64,000 nt of DNA, taken from the IMG/VR virus record IMGVR_UViG_3300032046_000009. One strand, given 5' to 3'. This stretch comes from a virus (lineage: Duplodnaviria; Heunggongvirae; Uroviricota; Caudoviricetes). This document shows, one piece after another, positions 59,916 through 64,000 of this stretch. A model generated the notes under the pieces. That model was not told where the DNA came from, searched no databases, and was given only the letters and a program-made list of their open reading frames with translations. Position 1 is the stretch's first letter. Each line of letters begins with the position of its first letter. Both the position numbers and the translations under genes were made by a program.

Positions 59916-60276
59916 TAGATTGCCTCTGTTTCTTCTTCGCTTGGAATGGTTTCTTTGCGCCAGCATCTCTAACTAATTCTTCTGCCGTCTTTGGTTTAGT
60001 CTTGTATGAGATGACTTCTGCACCAACTTTGAATTTCTGCCACGGATGGTCTTGGCATATGAAATATTTGGTGAGTCCTTCTCGGCATTTAGGCATGAAA
60101 TCTTTGCGGCATTTCAAGCATTTACGCATACCTTTCTTTTTCTCGGTCAAGATGAATGGCTTAGATTGACTTCTTTTACAGTTAGGGCATTCGGATAATC
60201 CCAAGTTAGTTATGAGTTTTCTGGTTCGCAGTAATCTAATACATTTTGGTTCTGGACATCTAGGGTTCAAACTCAT
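59890..60276 (-). CDS. basic multi-Zn-ribbon protein
   Basis: CPEPKC, CPNC, CLKC. Confidence 0.65.
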   Translation of the reverse strand: MSLNPRCPEPKCIRLLRTRKLITNLGLSECPNCKRSQSKPFILTEKKKGMRKCLKCRKDFMPKCREGLTKYFICQDHPWQKFKVGAEVISYKTKPKTAEELVRDAGAKKPFQAKKKQRQSNVQMRPRA

Positions 60277-60285
60277 TCACCACCT

Positions 60286-60516
60286 TTATTCTTCGCTCCA
60301 TTGATTGAAATGCGGTATTACCAATTGTATTGGTTTCTGCGATAATTCAATGGCTTTTTTATTATCCACTAGCCAGCTAAGAACTTTTAGATAGATAGTC
60401 TCATATGGGGTTCTCGGCATCTTCTTCTCTTGTAACTTACAAAGCAAATAGTATGCTTCTCGGTCAACAAGATAAGTTTTTTCTCCGATGTAAACCATTG
60501 ACATATAATCTGGCAT
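60286..60516 (-). CDS. hypothetical small protein
   Basis: 76 aa. Confidence 0.6.
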   Translation of the reverse strand: MPDYMSMVYIGEKTYLVDREAYYLLCKLQEKKMPRTPYETIYLKVLSWLVDNKKAIELSQKPIQLVIPHFNQWSEE

Positions 60517-60524
60517 AAAACCAT

Positions 60525-60794
60525 CTACTTCGTTTGTCTATTGGCGTATGTGAGAATCCCATGTAATTTGCCATTCCCGTTGTTGATTGTGCAGTAGAGA
60601 CATTCCTCAATAACGAATAGCTTTCCGTCAATATGTTGTGTGTACTTCATACGTTTATGTCGTCCACAAGTAAGACACGGTTCTTCAACATTAACTACAA
60701 CGATTCGCCCATCCATTTCCTTGATTTTTCGTTTCTCGTCTTCGCTTATGTTTTCTAAAGGAATCCGCATACAACTTCGGATTTGTTTTATCAT
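60525..60794 (-). CDS. small Zn-ribbon protein
   Basis: track start lies beside TATA 60831-60838; trimmed to MIKQIR. Confidence 0.6.
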   Translation of the reverse strand: MIKQIRSCMRIPLENISEDEKRKIKEMDGRIVVVNVEEPCLTCGRHKRMKYTQHIDGKLFVIEECLYCTINNGNGKLHGILTYANRQTK

Positions 60795-60865
60795 TTTTTT
60801 CTTACCTTGAATATATACACGCATTCGTCCTATATAAACCTTGCCCTAGAAAGACCATGCTCAAC
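60795..60865 (-). promoter_or_regulatory. class I promoter cassette
   Basis: cattcgtcctatataaaccttgccctagaaagaccatgctcaac. Confidence 0.6.
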
Positions 60866-61019
60866 TTTCGAGTCTCTGTTCTTTTCCAAGATGTCTCAGA
60901 ATAATAAATTGATGATGAAATCCCTCAACTGGTGGAATAAGATTTTCGCCCTTCATTTTCCATTCTATACTATATCTATCGGTTGCATGAATCCAAAGTC
61001 CATCATATTCGAAACTCAT
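60861..61019 (-). CDS. 52-aa protein (not in track)
   Basis: stop TGA in TTGAGCATGG. Confidence 0.45.
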   Translation of the reverse strand: MSFEYDGLWIHATDRYSIEWKMKGENLIPPVEGFHHQFIILRHLGKEQRLES

Positions 61020-61020
61020 A

Positions 61021-61422
61021 TTACCATCTTGGTCTATTTCTCTTTGTTACAGGTTCTAGGCAAGTGCCATTTACTCCATACAAAGAAATGAAGTGAGCTA
61101 TGAAAGTTCCTCTATATCCTTTAATGTTAAAGTCTGCATTCCAATCTTTGCGATACTTTATTAGGATTTTGATAATCTCAACTTCTGTGAATTCATGAAT
61201 ATATGTTCCTAAATCCTGAGAATATCTGGGAGCAATTTCTACTGTTTCTGTTGCAAAACAAACCCCAGTTTCGGAAAGATAAACTGGGCGAACATGGTCA
61301 TTGCATAAATGTCGAGAACGACAATGTTTACATATATCATGTTTCCATTCACTACATTCATGAACACATGTAAATTTGAAACCTAATAGGTCATGCTTTG
61401 TATATACCTTTCGTTCACTCAA
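61021..61422 (-). CDS. Cys/His-rich hypothetical protein
   Basis: 133 aa; TTG start. Confidence 0.65.
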   Translation of the reverse strand: MSERKVYTKHDLLGFKFTCVHECSEWKHDICKHCRSRHLCNDHVRPVYLSETGVCFATETVEIAPRYSQDLGTYIHEFTEVEIIKILIKYRKDWNADFNIKGYRGTFIAHFISLYGVNGTCLEPVTKRNRPRW

Positions 61423-61735
61423 TCAATATACCCTCGGACCTTAATTCTCTAATTACATCGTCACGAGAAATTGGTAGAAGTATTCTCTTATAATAGAGTG
61501 CCCAATCGAACATAACGTGCATCTTTGCTACTTCAATAAATCTTTCACGTTGTTTTATATCTGGGTAATCCTCTGGGTTGTATTTATCATAAATTGCAAT
61601 TGTATAGTGTGTATCTATCCAATGAGTACGTCCGTTAGTTCCATTATATGTTCCATCTATCCACTTATGAACTTCGGGATAAGATTCTCCAAAAATTTTC
61701 CAATCAATATCTTCATGAATTTTCGGGTTAGGCAT
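61415..61735 (-). CDS. hypothetical protein
   Basis: 106 aa; class II TATA 61771-61780. Confidence 0.65.
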   Translation of the reverse strand: MPNPKIHEDIDWKIFGESYPEVHKWIDGTYNGTNGRTHWIDTHYTIAIYDKYNPEDYPDIKQRERFIEVAKMHVMFDWALYYKRILLPISRDDVIRELRSEGILIE

Positions 61736-61813
61736 ATTTTCTCACTAAGGGATAACATAGAGTAAAGGAAGTATTTAAATCTTGCGGAAAAAGAGGGAGA
61801 GTGAAGGTAGTTC

Positions 61814-62677
61814 TTATTCTTGATGAGAACTGCCTTTTGGTGCGGGGAAGGACATTTTTCGTTCTTCCTCTTCCATTTTCGCCTTACGAAGTTCTGCACA
61901 TTTCTTGCTGTCGGTTGTCTTGTCGTAAACAAACTGGAAAAAGTTTTCTTCTAGGAAACGGTAGATACTATCAATCGGTATGAAAAATCCCATCCAAGTG
62001 ATTATGTCCACACCGAAACCAAGTTGCACACTTGCTACTCTAGCGGTATTTCCTATATATTCATAGGTATCTTCCAGAAAAACTGGACCGCCTGAGTTGC
62101 CAAAGATGATGTTGGCAGAAGTCATCCAGTATTCTTTTGCTTCTATTTGGTCGCCTTTGCTTGTCAAACTTCCAAAAGTGAAAAACGGATTATGTGCCAT
62201 CGAACAACCACAGCTTATCATTGATGTGCCGAGTTTTATATCATCTCCTTTTTCTCTTGGAAAGAGTTTTGCAACATGTTCTACTTTATCAGAGCATTTT
62301 ACCTTGAGTAAAGCGACATCAAGTGGTTTATCATAAGCAACTATTTCGGCATCCAAAGTTGTGCCACCTATGCATCGACTCAACTTTTCGTATTTGAAAA
62401 GTTCCACACGCACAAGTTCGTTAGCTTCAACCGTGATGTCTTTCTTGGAAATGCTAGACCACTTTTTGACGAACTTGATTGCTTCTTCAACAACGTGGTG
62501 GCAAGTTACAACATATGATTCATACTCTTTGTCTTCGTCTGGTTTGTCGATAGTCTCTGGTGTTACAGCCGAGTAGATAACTACGCCAGTTCCAGCGGCA
62601 TGTTCCGTCAAAACTCTAACAATAGGATAAAGGATATTCCGATGAATTTCTTTTAGTTTTTCAGCAGATATTCCCAT
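61814..62677 (-). CDS. trypsin-like (S1) serine protease
   Basis: His TCHHVV, Asp DVALLKV, Ser GNSGGPVF; ATG 5 nt after AGGTGA. Confidence 0.8.
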   Translation of the reverse strand: MGISAEKLKEIHRNILYPIVRVLTEHAAGTGVVIYSAVTPETIDKPDEDKEYESYVVTCHHVVEEAIKFVKKWSSISKKDITVEANELVRVELFKYEKLSRCIGGTTLDAEIVAYDKPLDVALLKVKCSDKVEHVAKLFPREKGDDIKLGTSMISCGCSMAHNPFFTFGSLTSKGDQIEAKEYWMTSANIIFGNSGGPVFLEDTYEYIGNTARVASVQLGFGVDIITWMGFFIPIDSIYRFLEENFFQFVYDKTTDSKKCAELRKAKMEEEERKMSFPAPKGSSHQE

Positions 62678-62734
62678 CATAGTCACCTATAAAGTAATAG
62701 ACAACCCAAGTATATAAGTGTTATGGTTTATGGT

Positions 62735-63079
62735 TTAACCAAAACTTTGTCCTATATGGTCAATTACACCAGACCAACCACCATCGCCATCTTCATCCTC
62801 TTCTTCTTCTTCCTCATCTGGACCCATTAATTCATTCCAAATATTGTTTTCGCTTTTCTCTCCATCTTCGGGCGGTGGGGGCAAGACATCCTCTTCCATT
62901 CTTTCTAAAATATGAAAAGCGCAAAGATAAATTTGAACCATCTCATACATTCCTCTACGTTCACGTTTCACAAGAACAGGATACAAACTTTCAGTTGATT
63001 TACCACAAACATCACACTTCGGACCAATAGCTTTCTCTTTTGCTTCTTCTTCCTCTGGGCAATAATCGTCTTCTGACAT
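62735..63079 (-). CDS. acidic Zn-ribbon protein
   Basis: track 62735..63091; CDVCG..C; poly-E tail. Confidence 0.6.
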   Translation of the reverse strand: MSEDDYCPEEEEAKEKAIGPKCDVCGKSTESLYPVLVKRERRGMYEMVQIYLCAFHILERMEEDVLPPPPEDGEKSENNIWNELMGPDEEEEEEDEDGDGGWSGVIDHIGQSFG

Positions 63080-63121
63080 AATCAACACCAAGAAAGATAA
63101 AGTAGAAGTAGTATTTAAAGG

Positions 63122-63691
63122 TTATGGATGTGGTCTCTGAGCAGTTTCCGAAGCGTGTTTCTCGCGTTTTCGTTTGTTGAAATCATGACGTACATTAATG
63201 TTAATCATGTAAAGGGCTTGCAATATCTTGCCTTTAGAATCACAAACTCTACAAGTGAAATATTTCATACATTTTTCCTTTCTAAAGAGGCGGCAAACTG
63301 GAAACATATGACTATCCATATACCAAAAGAATCCTTTCTCTATGGTGTTCTCAAGAATAGAACGAACATTATCATCCCATCGTATAACTACTTCGTCAGA
63401 ATCTATAGCAAAAACCCAATCTCCTTCTGCCACATTTTCTATAGAAGCATCTCTGCATTTTTGTTCACTCATTGGGGACGATAACATAATATAGTCTGCT
63501 TTCGTCTTAGAGGTTTTAGAGAAATTTTCTATTATTTGTTTCGTATCGTCAGAAGAATGCAAAGTTGACGGGTTAATCAGCCAACAAGTATCGTAACAAT
63601 GAATCTCATCAACTTTTCCATCCACACTTCTTAGCGTTTCGAGTAGCATATCTCCGCAATTGTAAACTGGTATCACACAAATTATTCGCAT
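63122..63691 (-). CDS. family 2 glycosyltransferase
   Basis: IPVYNCGDMLLETLRSV..DSDE; paralog of 49519..50175. Confidence 0.75.
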   Translation of the reverse strand: MRIICVIPVYNCGDMLLETLRSVDGKVDEIHCYDTCWLINPSTLHSSDDTKQIIENFSKTSKTKADYIMLSSPMSEQKCRDASIENVAEGDWVFAIDSDEVVIRWDDNVRSILENTIEKGFFWYMDSHMFPVCRLFRKEKCMKYFTCRVCDSKGKILQALYMININVRHDFNKRKREKHASETAQRPHP

Positions 63692-63963
63692 TTATATCTA
63701 TCTCTTGGAAATGGGGTTGCATGTGGTCCGTAGTTCCGAACTATGCATTCCACTTCCTTCCAGCCTAACATTTTGCAAGCTCTCAATCTGTGAACACCTT
63801 CTACAACTTCATAGTAATCTTTTACTCGATGAATTTCTATCGGATTTTTCAAACCATTTTTTGAGATGTCTTCAGCTAATTCTTCTACACGCCGTTTAGC
63901 CGCTTTGAATCTACTATAATACAAGTCAAAGTCATCACGAATTTCATCAATTTTGACTAACAT
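63682..63963 (-). CDS. ParB/Srx-like N-terminal domain protein
   Basis: GLKNPIEI..VVEGVHRLRAC; paralog of 49268..49537. Confidence 0.7.
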   Translation of the reverse strand: MLVKIDEIRDDFDLYYSRFKAAKRRVEELAEDISKNGLKNPIEIHRVKDYYEVVEGVHRLRACKMLGWKEVECIVRNYGPHATPFPRDRYKCE

Positions 63964-63967
63964 TTTA

Positions 63968-64000
63968 TCACTTCGACTTTGGTGGACGTGGACTAGCCTG
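63968..64000 (-). CDS. 3' end of a gene continuing beyond the window
   Basis: open frame ..QASPRPPKSK then TGA, followed by GAAGTGATAAA-ATG. Confidence 0.35.
   Translation of the reverse strand, partial: QASPRPPKSK

Noticed and set aside
61657-61932. 91-aa minus ORF bridging a promoter and the protease 3' end
   Set aside because: It crosses the class II promoter at 61745-61790 and overlaps 61814..62677 out of frame.
436-63899. Most plus-strand track ORFs (e.g. 436..654, 3111..3368, 13901..14182, 17311..17640, 17929..18165, 37927..38301, 54308..54607, 62097..62336, 63128..63484)
   Set aside because: They lie antisense to longer, motif-supported minus-strand genes, lack promoter or SD context, and have low-complexity Ser/Phe/Leu-rich translations typical of shadow frames.

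Overview
Gene-dense, virus- or plasmid-like window of about 38-40% GC. I saw no rRNA, convincing tRNA, CRISPR array or cellular housekeeping genes. Almost all genes lie on the minus strand. Promoters look archaeal: AAAGGTTTATATA-type BRE/TATA, then a short leader AAGGACGTG, then about 5 nt to the start codon. About 40 near-identical promoter cassettes split the window into short transcription units. Most units are chains of micro-genes (30-130 aa), largely Cys-rich zinc-ribbon proteins. The chains are linked by a conserved 20-nt junction motif (JM), which reads GARAAGGTNNNNTTYAC[A/T]TGA on the coding strand. The upstream ORF therefore ends E-[KR]-V-x-F-T, and the next ORF starts at the ATG or TTG overlapping the TGA. 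Many such ORFs are under 60 aa and missing from the ORF track; I translated them by hand. Where the track ORF crossed a JM or a promoter, I trimmed its start. Recognisable functions include a MoxR/CbbQ-like AAA+ ATPase with a VWA partner, an SPFH protein and a RecA-superfamily ATPase. There is also a P-loop NTPase, an ATP-dependent ligase, an S1 protease and a dual-specificity phosphatase. Three GT2 glycosyltransferases are present, two of them paired with ParB-like domains. Several HNH nucleases, several small HExxH proteins and Lar-like proteins complete the list. Intergenic hubs carry a 16-bp palindrome (about 25 copies), G-tract arrays and several candidate structured ncRNAs. All family names are informal. 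All motif counts were made by eye.
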